From: a bacterium
Lineage (GTDB): Bacteria > Electryoneota > JAOADG01
Reading direction: 5' to 3'
Assembly: GCA_963681965.1 (NCBI GenBank)
Contig: OY820579.1
Location: 2,272,001-2,336,000 of the forward strand
DNA: 64,000 nucleotides
A program made the position numbers and the translations under genes. The notes beneath the pieces were generated by a model. It searched no databases, had not been told where the DNA came from, and worked only from the letters and a program-made list of their open reading frames with translations. The first letter of the stretch is position 1, and each line of letters opens with the position of its first letter. Below, in pieces: positions 10,663-20,083 of this stretch.

Positions 10663-11190
10663 CTAGTTGCCGGACTTGTGTCCATCATGTTTTTCTTCTT
10701 TCAATTCCTTTTGCTCTTCCTTCATTTCCCGTTTCATTTCTTTCTTTTCGTCGCGCATTTCTTTGCGCTCACCCATACTGTCACGCATTTCTTTATGCAT
10801 TTTGTCGAACTGCTCTTTCTGTTCCGGAGTCAGAATCGCGCCGATCTCGCTATTCAATTTTTTCAACAGCTCGCGCTCATGCTGAATAAGCGCTTTCTGA
10901 GTGATCGTCGTATCCATCCGAAGCTGCATCGTTTTGGCGTGATGTGCTGCTACGATGTCGCGAATCGATGTTTGCTGTTTTTCGGTCAATTTCAATTGGT
11001 CGGTCAAGCGCTCGATAAATTTATCGCCTCGTTTGCCATCCATCATTGGATGACCGCGCATTTTTTCCGGTTTATCGGATTTTACCGCCTTCTCCGAAGC
11101 AGTCGGTTGATCGGTTTCGGCATACGCGCAAGTACCCAATACAAAAACTGCAAGTAACATCAGTATGGTGATTGTTCTAGTTAATCTCAT
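10663..11190 (-). CDS. Spy/CpxP (LTXXQ) family periplasmic protein
   Basis: Signal peptide; LKLTEKQQ and ILTPEQ motifs; RBS GGAGG. Confidence 0.75.
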   Translation of the reverse strand: MRLTRTITILMLLAVFVLGTCAYAETDQPTASEKAVKSDKPEKMRGHPMMDGKRGDKFIERLTDQLKLTEKQQTSIRDIVAAHHAKTMQLRMDTTITQKALIQHERELLKKLNSEIGAILTPEQKEQFDKMHKEMRDSMGERKEMRDEKKEMKREMKEEQKELKEEKHDGHKSGN

Positions 11191-11238
11191 TGTTCCTCCG
11201 AGATTGTGAAATCCTGTCCGCCAAGTAATACGAGAGTA

Positions 11239-11946
11239 TCAATCGGTCTGAGGGATTGCGTCGGTCTGACCAATCCGCCAGGAAAATGGGTTGTAATCGC
11301 GATGAGTATCGACCACATCGCACTGATCGATCCGTTTCAATGTATTACACGCGAGATAGGTCACTGGAGTTGCAAATACTTCCACACCTACTTTAAAGAT
11401 GTAATTGGAGAGGATGATGGTCCACAATAGCTCGCTGCTGATCGTACCGGCGAACGCTATCATGCAGAATAGACCCGTGTCGAGTGCCTCGCCGACCACT
11501 GTCGATCCGATTGTCCGCATCCAGAGATGTTTTTTGGGTTGAAACCGTTTCATGATCGACATGATCGTGTCATTCGACCACGAGCCGAATAAATATGCCG
11601 CCACCGATGCCATTACAATGCGGGTGGTCGAGAGTAATATGCTCTCGTATGCGGCTTGATTGGTCCACTCCGATGCCGAGGGTAACATTCCGACGACGGC
11701 GAATAGCGACACTGCCATTAATTGCGCGGCGAGACCGATCCAGATCGTGCGACGAGCAATACGGAAGCCGTATACTTCCGTCAGGATGTCGCCAAAGATA
11801 TAGGAGATCGGAAACAGCAATGTGCCGCCATCGAATGTGAAATGACCGAGATTCACCAATTTGGTCGATGCCACATTCGAAATTAGGAGTACTGCTACGA
11901 AAAATCCGGTGATTGCCGGTAGCGATTTGTAATTACGGTATTCCAT
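11239..11946 (-). CDS. yhhQ: queuosine precursor transporter (YhhQ/VUT family)
   Basis: LLISNVASTK, FPISYIFGDILTEVYG, RTIGSTVVGEALD motifs; polytopic membrane protein. Confidence 0.9.
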   Translation of the reverse strand: MEYRNYKSLPAITGFFVAVLLISNVASTKLVNLGHFTFDGGTLLFPISYIFGDILTEVYGFRIARRTIWIGLAAQLMAVSLFAVVGMLPSASEWTNQAAYESILLSTTRIVMASVAAYLFGSWSNDTIMSIMKRFQPKKHLWMRTIGSTVVGEALDTGLFCMIAFAGTISSELLWTIILSNYIFKVGVEVFATPVTYLACNTLKRIDQCDVVDTHRDYNPFSWRIGQTDAIPQTD

Positions 11947-12084
11947 TGTTCCATTCGATTGATGATTTAAGCGTCATAATATAACGCAAATTCACAGCAA
12001 AAGGTAGTCGATCCAGTTAAATATAAGTTTATGATTATTAGTAAGAAATATCGAGTTAAGAATTGTCAGTTGGTTATCCATCGC

Positions 12085-12418
12085 GAAGCGGTGGACTAAA
12101 AGAGTCCGCGTATTATTTATCCCGAAAATCTACTTACACACTTTTTACGTAGCCGCAGGCTTCAGCCTGCGTATTTTTATTTCTTGAATCTTGTATCTTG
12201 ACATACGTGCGGATCCCCTCGCCTGCCCGTCTAATTCTGTTTGGTAGGGGCGTTCTTACGCGTCCGCCCGTGTCAGGTGCATTAGCCACGATAGGGGCTT
12301 TTGGCAACCCCGAAGCGCTCACCGAAGGTATTACGTCATCATCTTTTTAATTCAATATTTCAATATTCGCATTCTGCCAATTCGACTGTTACGGGCGGAC
12401 GCGTAAGAACGCCCCTAC
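12085..12418. repeat. REP cluster with an inverted REP doublet (REPIN-like) at 12244-12418
   Basis: GTAGGGGCGTTCTTACGCGTCCGCCCG and its exact reverse complement flank about 120 bp. Confidence 0.8.
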
Positions 12419-12511
12419 CAAAAAAAAAGAAGATTCGGAGATACCCTCTAATAAAAAAACGGGCGGTTCGAAAACCACCCGTTAATTCTTCTAAGTATCT
12501 AGTACCACCCG

Positions 12512-15500
12512 TTACTTCATGAACACCACTTTACGCGTGGTCTTGAAGTTGTCGGCGGTAATCATCACGTAATACACGCCGCTGGCGTTGCCGCTGGCAT
12601 TCCAATGCAGAGTATAGGTTCCGGCATCGAGGTTCCCTTGCGATAATACTGCTACTTCGCGACCGGTTTGATCGAACACCTTCGCCGAAACAAAACCGCT
12701 CTTCGGAACACTCAGTTTCATCGTCATCGAGGGATTGAACGGATTCGGATACGCTTCCGAAACCACGTAATCCTTCGGTAACATCTGGGTCGCCGGTTGA
12801 TCGACACCAGTGAATCCATCGGGAGTTTGCGTACTGAATCGGATGATGTGGTTGTTGTGCAACTCTTCCGCACCCGGAGATGCGACGTGTGCAAACAACA
12901 GATCCAAACCGTCGGTGTGTTCCCAATTCATGATGCCCATCGTTGTGTAGTTGTTGGTCTGATCGACATCGGATGAAGTGTGATACTGGAAATCGATAAT
13001 GTTGTCGCTCGATGGTCCACGACGATCGCCGTAAAGAATGATTTCGAATTTCTGTCGGATCGGATTCGTTTCAATACCGTACCGCGAATATGCTTCCGCC
13101 CATTCGATGATATATTTCCGATCGCCGGGGGTGTTGTCCATTCGATAGAACAATCGGACTCGACCGCTATCAGCCGGATTCGAACCCTTCAAGTCGTCCC
13201 AGTTCGCCGCAAGCAACGTGCGCGGTCCCTGAGAATTCGGCAGCGTCCAGTTGTAGAAATCATACATCCAGGTGCTGTCGAAGCTGACCCAACCATTCGA
13301 ACAAATCGACAAGAATTGATTGTAAGTCCGACCGTAGAATGTGAATGGGAACGGTATCGCTTGCACATACGTGGTATCGTCTTTCAGAATGAGCGAAGTC
13401 CCGTTACCGCCCAGTGCCGTATCCAATTCGATCCAGTTATAAGTCGGTGTCGGCCACGTTCCGGTCGACGGTACGTCGATCTCTTCGTAGGCGTAGTAGC
13501 CGTAATTGTCCGGTCCGGTCGGCATCGTGCTGGCACGGGTTCCGCAAGTGATATTGAACCACGTGGTCAATGTATCCGAACCACCGATGATCCAATTCAA
13601 CATCCGAATGGGAATGATGTGTCCGGGTAGAATGGATTGGGCGATTTCCGCATCGAATGCTACAAAACCGCTATCGCGAATCGCCATATAATACGCCGCC
13701 GGTGTCGTGATATTCATGCCATTCGAGAAGGTGACAAACTGGTAGTTGCATGCCGGAATGGCAGCGTTACCCTCACTCTTGAGATGCACTTGAATTGTCG
13801 TCGAGCGGCTGACACCCGGTGTTAACGACCCACTCTCGACGACGATCCCGGAGATCCGCGGTAATGCCCAAGCGACTGGCATGGCGAAATCGACGGCACC
13901 CGAAGCGAACGTCAAGCGAAGCGATTCCGGTGTGCGATCTGCCAGGGATACGACTTTCACGCGATAAGTCAGGGATGTGGTAGCACCGGCATTCACCGTA
14001 CCGGCATTGGAACTATTGTTGAGAATGACCAACCGGTTGCGCGTATTCGTTTGCGATAAAATCGCCTGCGAAGCGGCTGCGGTCGTTCCCACATTCTTGA
14101 TTAAGATGTTGATATCGCCTTCGACACCCGGGCTGGGCAGTGTATTGGGAATATTGAAGAACACTGAATCGACCCGGAACTGACCAATCAAAGGATTATT
14201 AGTTTGAATGTAGTTGATAACTGGACGGTAGTTACCGCCGCGAACCGCGATTCTAACGGTATCGTTTGCGACGATCCGCAATGGTAACGTGGCATATCCT
14301 TGAGCATCAGTAAGCGAGACTGCTGGATTAGCACCAGCATTTCCGACGATCAGCGCTGCAACCATATTCGGCAAAGGATTACCTGTTCGCTGATCGACTG
14401 CGCGAATCGTCATCGAAGACGAAGCTGGATTCAATGTCGTCGGGAATGTCACTTGCATCGTGTCAGGTGTTTTGTACCATAACGTCAATGACGGATCGCC
14501 AAGGATGTTGTAGAACCGGAAATATTGTTCGACTGCCGTCATCTCATTCGGGAAACCTTGATACACTTCCAATTTTCCGCGCAATGTTGCCGGACCCAGT
14601 TTATTGAGACCGTCATTCAGCCAGCCGTGCAGCAATCCAGCCAGAATTGGGTTGTTATAGCGTGTGCTGGTATGCAAGTGGGCTGCACCGAAGAAAGCCG
14701 GACCGCATTTCGGTACACTTGGCGAACCGGTTTCAACCCATGCTTCGCCGAAGCATTGGTTGCCGTCGACTTGCGAATTTAATGCGGCATACCGACCATT
14801 CTGACAGACGATCGATAGCATTACTGCATCGTTTCTGGTGACATTAGCCAAGTCACCTCGCTGTAATCGAGGGTAGAGTGGACCTTGGCTATCGCCCCAG
14901 CCGCGATAAGTGATTAGCGAAACACCTTGATTGATTAACGCAAGAATCGAATCAGTACCTGGTGCCGGTTGCATCGGATAAAGATAGGTACTGACATTGT
15001 AACCAAAGTCACGCAACATCTGTGCTGCCCAACGGGTATTTTCCGTGGGAGTGATCGGTGGGCTACCCGTGTCGGAATAGTTGCCGGCGAAGCAGAATGC
15101 TTTATTCATGTAATTCGTATTCGCTGGGTTTCCAGTTCCGGGGGAATTTTGATGTTGTTGTGTTTTGTTCACGATCGTAGCAAGTCCTGTAGTAGAACCA
15201 TAGGAGATTCTACCCAGAAATGCTTCCGGCCAGAAGTCAGAACCATCCAGCAATACATAATTCAAGTCGGAAGGAACCGTTTCCGCTGCCGAAACGGTAA
15301 ACGGAAACGTCGGGACATTGTCCAATCGGTCGGCATCGCCGATAATCGCGACATATTCGACTGGAAGCGTATGTGCCAACGAATTGTAGACATCGGCTAT
15401 CAACAATTTGATCTGGTCGCCATTGGCTCCGGACGGAATCAAGATCGTAGCGACATTATATCCTTCCATTTTCTTCAAATTGGTAAACGTGAGAAGTTGC

Positions 15501-16225
15501 GAATTATAAGACGCTGAGGAAGGACGCACGATCACGTAAGTACCCGGTCGCCACAACAGGGATCGTCCCATCGAGAATGGGTTATAACCCAAAAACATCG
15601 TTTCATAGATCCCGTGATAGGATGGTGTGATCGGACCGGTTAATGTCGGTCCTGCTACAGTCGCAGTCAACGTGATCGTTAGTTCGCTGATCGCTTCGAT
15701 GGTGCCGTCGGATAGTTGGCGCAACGGATACACGGTCACCGGAACGACGCCGAAATCCTTGAAGACACCCGGTTCGCCGACAGTCACGCGCGGCATCTCG
15801 CTGGATTTCGCCAACGGGGTGTTGGGGAATTCCGGATCGCTGGCGATCGCAACTGCGCCGCCGAGTCGGTCCGTCGTGATATGTTCCGTACGTCCGGCAA
15901 CGACACTGGCAGTCGCTTTCACCGCAAAATTGAAGGGGACGAATACGGTCACGCCGGAAATATCGGGGGTACCTAATTTCGGAAACGCTTCGTGTTGTCC
16001 ACCAACGCGAAGAGCAACGCCGTTGGTCGCTTTCTCAACCGCGAAGCCATTCAACTTCACTGTGAAAGTGACCGTGGTTGCGCTGCGATTGAGTTGATCG
16101 ACGTTGGGGGATGGGGTGCCGACTGCCGCGGATGACGCTGCATCGGACAGCCAGACGGTTTGCACGGGAGCAGCAAATGCGCCGAGTGCAACGATTAACA
16201 GGATCGAAAGAAGTAACCTTCTCAT
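12512..16225 (-). CDS. C25 (gingipain-like) peptidase family protein with propeptide and T9SS-type C-terminal domain
   Basis: YVAIIGDAD, PSDLNY, PEAFLGRIS, YNILGDPSL, GPDNYGY, YPNPFNP motifs; signal peptide; RBS GAGGAGG. Confidence 0.88.
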   Translation of the reverse strand: MRRLLLSILLIVALGAFAAPVQTVWLSDAASSAAVGTPSPNVDQLNRSATTVTFTVKLNGFAVEKATNGVALRVGGQHEAFPKLGTPDISGVTVFVPFNFAVKATASVVAGRTEHITTDRLGGAVAIASDPEFPNTPLAKSSEMPRVTVGEPGVFKDFGVVPVTVYPLRQLSDGTIEAISELTITLTATVAGPTLTGPITPSYHGIYETMFLGYNPFSMGRSLLWRPGTYVIVRPSSASYNSQLLTFTNLKKMEGYNVATILIPSGANGDQIKLLIADVYNSLAHTLPVEYVAIIGDADRLDNVPTFPFTVSAAETVPSDLNYVLLDGSDFWPEAFLGRISYGSTTGLATIVNKTQQHQNSPGTGNPANTNYMNKAFCFAGNYSDTGSPPITPTENTRWAAQMLRDFGYNVSTYLYPMQPAPGTDSILALINQGVSLITYRGWGDSQGPLYPRLQRGDLANVTRNDAVMLSIVCQNGRYAALNSQVDGNQCFGEAWVETGSPSVPKCGPAFFGAAHLHTSTRYNNPILAGLLHGWLNDGLNKLGPATLRGKLEVYQGFPNEMTAVEQYFRFYNILGDPSLTLWYKTPDTMQVTFPTTLNPASSSMTIRAVDQRTGNPLPNMVAALIVGNAGANPAVSLTDAQGYATLPLRIVANDTVRIAVRGGNYRPVINYIQTNNPLIGQFRVDSVFFNIPNTLPSPGVEGDINILIKNVGTTAAASQAILSQTNTRNRLVILNNSSNAGTVNAGATTSLTYRVKVVSLADRTPESLRLTFASGAVDFAMPVAWALPRISGIVVESGSLTPGVSRSTTIQVHLKSEGNAAIPACNYQFVTFSNGMNITTPAAYYMAIRDSGFVAFDAEIAQSILPGHIIPIRMLNWIIGGSDTLTTWFNITCGTRASTMPTGPDNYGYYAYEEIDVPSTGTWPTPTYNWIELDTALGGNGTSLILKDDTTYVQAIPFPFTFYGRTYNQFLSICSNGWVSFDSTWMYDFYNWTLPNSQGPRTLLAANWDDLKGSNPADSGRVRLFYRMDNTPGDRKYIIEWAEAYSRYGIETNPIRQKFEIILYGDRRGPSSDNIIDFQYHTSSDVDQTNNYTTMGIMNWEHTDGLDLLFAHVASPGAEELHNNHIIRFSTQTPDGFTGVDQPATQMLPKDYVVSEAYPNPFNPSMTMKLSVPKSGFVSAKVFDQTGREVAVLSQGNLDAGTYTLHWNASGNASGVYYVMITADNFKTTRKVVFMK

Positions 16226-16559
16226 CGGTGTTTCCTCCTCTTGGTGAACAGTCCCGGTATGAAACGAAAACTTCCGACAAAAAAACGCAAGCCGAAAATC
16301 AATCCGCTCAGTCGATCCGGGGGCAGCGGTTGCACCTGTTTATGATCTCGCCACTGTAGCCGCGAAAGTTTCGAGAGAATCTCAATACTACAGTTACAAT
16401 ATGCATTCAAAGCCGGATAAAAGCAATATGCAACAACGATTGCGAATGAAAATCAATCTTGATAACACATTTGCACACAACTTCCCAGAAGTGATTACTA
16501 TTTATACAGATATTAGCTACTTACCGGAGGTAAAGGATGCTCTCTGCAGATGATCGGTT

Positions 16560-17030
16560 GATTTGTCGTTGCGAGGACTGCAGCGAAGGAACATGCGAAG
16601 CATTTCCGAAGCGGAAGGACGAAGCAATCTATCTTGAATCCTGTTTTCTCTAGTAGGGGTGGGTCCCCGCGCCCGCCCGTTCTTGTATCTTTATTTCTCT
16701 TTTCCCAATCCCCAATGCCTATTTCTCCATCACCCATTCTATGCGTCAGGCGCTGCCTGCCGCTTGGGGCGAATGCGATTCGCCCCTACGGAAAAAACGC
16801 GGACTAAAGTCCGCCGCTACCATGATGAATTGTCAGGCTGAAGCCTAACTTCCGATTTCAAGAGACAGATACACCGAACCTGCGATTCGCTTCCTTTCCG
16901 TAGGTCAGAACTTGTTCTGACCATTTCTTGTATTTTTTTTCTCTTTTCCCACCACCTACAACCCACTACCCACCACCCGTTTGGTTGATTTGTCGTTGCG
17001 AGGACTGCAGCGAAGGAACATGCGAAGCAT
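16560..17030. repeat. mosaic REP array
   Basis: Recurrent hairpin families; the last element is truncated at 17030. Confidence 0.8.
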
Positions 17031-17851
17031 TACCTCAGTTTCTTCCCGACGGTGCATCTCTCCTACAAATTGAGCAAACTAAATGAATTGCAATTGAGTT
17101 ACAGTCGGCGCGTGCGGCGACCGGATGGTGAGGATTTGAATCCATTCCCGGAATATCGCGATCCGTTGAATGTCTGGGCGGGAAATCCGAAACTGTTGCC
17201 GGAATATGTGAATGTGCTGGAACTCGGTTGTCAATATCTGAATGGCGGATTGATGTTGGTACCGGCGCTGTTCTACCGCAACACGAATAATCGCTTTACC
17301 CGGGTCACGCAGACACTGCACGATTCGATCGTCTTGACGACCATGGAAAATCTGGCTTCCGATCAATCCGGCGGTATCGAATTGAATGTGTCGTGGAATC
17401 ATCAGAAATCGTTTTCGCTTCACGGATACAGTAGTGTGTTTTTCGATCAGATCGATGCCACCAATCTTAACAATACAATGGAAAGAAGAATGTTACGACG
17501 TGGACCAGCAATATCACGATGGATGTCAATTTGACCGAGACCAGCCGGTTTCAACTCAACTCGAATTACAATTCGGCACGATTGACGGCGCAAGGGAAAA
17601 ACAAACCGTCGTATTCGCTCAATTCCGGTTTTCGACAAGAATTGTTTGAAGGAAAATTGACGATCACTGCGACCGTCACGGATATCTTCAAGACGATGAA
17701 ACGGGAATTCGAGTTGAATATCCCGACGCTGCAGCAAACATCGGTGAATAAGCGCGACTCGCGCGTAATGTACGTCGGATTGAATTATCGCTTCGGTTCG
17801 CAGAAGAAGAAAGCGAAAGAAGACCAGATTAAATACGATGACGGGTTGTAG
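17031..17851 (+). pseudogene. 3' remnant of a TonB-dependent receptor/outer-membrane beta-barrel gene; 5'-truncated, with a frameshift near 17470
   Basis: YLSFFPTVHLSY, SYSRRVRRP..LNPF, GNPKLLPE and terminal YVGLNYRFG motifs; no start/RBS; two overlapping frames (17052-17534, 17519-17851). Confidence 0.8.
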
Positions 17852-17873
17852 AATAGATCGCCGTAAAATGTAT

Positions 17874-17902
17874 ACGGGCGCTTTGCAGCGCCCGTTTTTT
17901 TT
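17874..17902. terminator. intrinsic terminator, possibly bidirectional
   Basis: ACGGGCGC-TTTGCA-GCGCCCGT followed by a T-run on plus. Confidence 0.65.
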
Positions 17903-17968
17903 GTGTTTCTTACACTCGTTCGAATTTCGTGGTGAAGTGCCGCAGGATCGGTGGTTCGTAGGTGGTCC
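17901..17968 (-). repeat. 68 bp direct repeat of the tnaA 3' end (left island boundary, att-like)
   Basis: Matches 21173-21240 with 5 mismatches; encodes ..TYEPPILRHFTTKFERV*. Confidence 0.92.
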
Positions 17969-18035
17969 TTAAAAGCTAGTTCAACATTCGAACTTAGAAT
18001 ATCAATTAATTGATTGCTAGATAATCTGAATTGGA

Positions 18036-18845
18036 TTAAATGTAAGGATCGTCCAATTTGCAGTAACTAGCATCAAGAATATTGGCTTTACAACAATAAT
18101 TCATTAACCAAGTTACATGTTCTTCATCGATGGGTGGGATATCCTTCTTGAACAAAACGGCTCGATCCAATCTTCCGATCCACTCTCGCGCTTTAGTTAC
18201 TAATTGAACCTCGATGATACGCGATTCTTGGATCATAATTAAAAAATGGATAGCACGATAATTAGTGTCGTGGGAGTACAATTTCGGATTGAAATAATAA
18301 TTTCTGCATCGATAAATTTTTCGATAAAAGTCACGCCATATTTTTACTCCTAATTGCGCAAGTTCGTTAGGAGTCTGGACGACTATTCGAAATCGAACCA
18401 AGTCCCAAATATCGTATAAATATTCAGGATAATACCCTAACCGTTTTCGTTTCTCAATCGATTTTGCGATTGATTCATCTGATTTCAAGTTACCAAATAA
18501 ATGTTCGAGCGGAACTTGCGATTTCTCGATATAATCAAGTAACACGAGTCGGGAAAAGTCAAAGACTTTCTGTTTCTCATTTTTATCCATCACAAAATCA
18601 GACCAGTCAGCGATATTTTGACTAATTCGAAAGCCTGTTTCCGGGATAACTATTAACTTTCTAGATAATAGATCTACTGACTGATCGTGAAGCAATTGAA
18701 AATTGGGATCTGCTGAGTTTGTTCCATTCTCAATTTTATTGCCTAACTCTAAAAATTCGGTTCGATCTTTGTCAGAAAGTGAGCACCAGAATTGTTTGAA
18801 CCATTTGTCATGGCACTCGCAGTATTCGATATGTCTTTGTAACAT
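18036..18845 (-). CDS. divergent RelA/SpoT-type synthetase domain protein (small alarmone synthetase-like)
   Basis: GNLKSDESIAKS (Syn1-like), IWDLVRFRIV (Syn2), NYYFNPK..NYRAIH (Syn3), IEVQLVT (Syn4-like). Confidence 0.75.
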   Translation of the reverse strand: MLQRHIEYCECHDKWFKQFWCSLSDKDRTEFLELGNKIENGTNSADPNFQLLHDQSVDLLSRKLIVIPETGFRISQNIADWSDFVMDKNEKQKVFDFSRLVLLDYIEKSQVPLEHLFGNLKSDESIAKSIEKRKRLGYYPEYLYDIWDLVRFRIVVQTPNELAQLGVKIWRDFYRKIYRCRNYYFNPKLYSHDTNYRAIHFLIMIQESRIIEVQLVTKAREWIGRLDRAVLFKKDIPPIDEEHVTWLMNYCCKANILDASYCKLDDPYI

Positions 18846-18865
18846 TGAGCACTCAAAATTATTAA

Positions 18866-19471
18866 TTACGAGAAATAGATATCATTCTTTGCAAATGTTG
18901 ATCGAACAGAGTCCTTTCTCTCAACAACAGCAATTTTTTTTCCTTTCTTATGAAGTAATAGAAATTCTTTGTTTACTAAATCTTTAATGCGATAATACAT
19001 TTCACTCGGATTTTGAACTTTGTCAACTTGCCATCTCTGAAAATTCGTAAATAAATCTTCAAGAGTGATCTGATCTAATGAATACTCGTATATAAATTCA
19101 ATTATCTTTTTCTGAGTAAAAGATAATTTTCTATAAGAATCCACTAATTTCAGTTCTTGATCTGCAACACTAGGAGCACTCTCGATGGGTATTTTAGATA
19201 CTGATGTAACAGAATAAAGCGAATATTCGTTAGGTTTTTGTTTTAAATTAGATTTATGTGAAAGATATGTGAACAAAATCACGAAAAATAATCCAATTAA
19301 TAATTCAAACACACCTATAAATACTATTAACCCATTTGGGTGAGCACGATAAATTATATTATTTGTTTGATTATGCCATTCGAAAATTCCTAATAAAATC
19401 ATAACTGTTCCACCAAGAACAAATATTGCATCGATTCTTGCCTTAAAAAGACTTTTTAAAAGTTCGAACAT
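18866..19471 (-). CDS. hypothetical membrane protein: 2 N-terminal TM helices + winged-helix-like C-terminus
   Basis: Two hydrophobic stretches; paralog of 19538-20083; RBS GAAAGGGA before ATG 19471. Confidence 0.75.
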   Translation of the reverse strand: MFELLKSLFKARIDAIFVLGGTVMILLGIFEWHNQTNNIIYRAHPNGLIVFIGVFELLIGLFFVILFTYLSHKSNLKQKPNEYSLYSVTSVSKIPIESAPSVADQELKLVDSYRKLSFTQKKIIEFIYEYSLDQITLEDLFTNFQRWQVDKVQNPSEMYYRIKDLVNKEFLLLHKKGKKIAVVERKDSVRSTFAKNDIYFS

Positions 19472-19537
19472 AATGATCCCTTTCAAAATAATAAATTAGA
19501 GATTAATCGCTTTAAATTGAAATGAATTACCGGTTAA

Positions 19538-20083
19538 TTAAGAGCACAATATATTCTTTTTTTCCAAAGTTAACTGAACAAAACCAATTTTCTCAATGAC
19601 AGCTATATTTCTTCCAATATTATGAAGATTAATGAAACCATTATATTTTAGATCTTTAATTCTATAATAAAATTCGTTTTTGTTTTGAATAATTCCAGGT
19701 CTCCAGGCTTGAAAACCATCGAAAAGCACTTCGAGAGAAATTTCATTTAATAAATGTTGGTAAATAAATTGTACAATCAGCATTTGTGTTAATGTTAAAT
19801 TGTGATAAGATAAGACTAACTGTTCTTCATAGTCTCGTTTAGGACTTGCCATCTCCGAATGAACTCTCTGTTGAATATAGAAATTAATAATATAGAGTGA
19901 AATACCAATTAATGTTAACAGAATCCCAATAAAAATGACAAAACTATGAGGATGTGTTCGAATAATAATGTTATTTAATTGACCATTCCATTCAAAAATA
20001 CCAAGCAGCAACATCGAAGAACCAACAAGCACTAAGATGACATCAACTTTTGCTTTAAGAACGCCTTTAAGTAGTTCTAGCAT
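19538..20083 (-). CDS. hypothetical membrane protein: 2 TM + winged-helix-like C-terminus (paralog)
   Basis: Shares LLGIFEW...NNII.R.HP, SY..L..TQ..I..FIY and YYRIKDL with its neighbour; start overlaps the upstream stop. Confidence 0.75.
   Translation of the reverse strand: MLELLKGVLKAKVDVILVLVGSSMLLLGIFEWNGQLNNIIIRTHPHSFVIFIGILLTLIGISLYIINFYIQQRVHSEMASPKRDYEEQLVLSYHNLTLTQMLIVQFIYQHLLNEISLEVLFDGFQAWRPGIIQNKNEFYYRIKDLKYNGFINLHNIGRNIAVIEKIGFVQLTLEKKNILCS

Noticed and set aside
12436-12462. CCCTCTAATAAAAAAAC resembling the 3' half of a preQ1-I riboswitch near yhhQ
   Set aside because: Wrong strand for yhhQ, about 500 bp away, and lacks the pairing 5' AGAGG; the A-run belongs to the C25 gene terminator
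16230-16400. Riboswitch in the C25 gene leader
   Set aside because: GC-rich and possibly structured, but I could not match any riboswitch consensus
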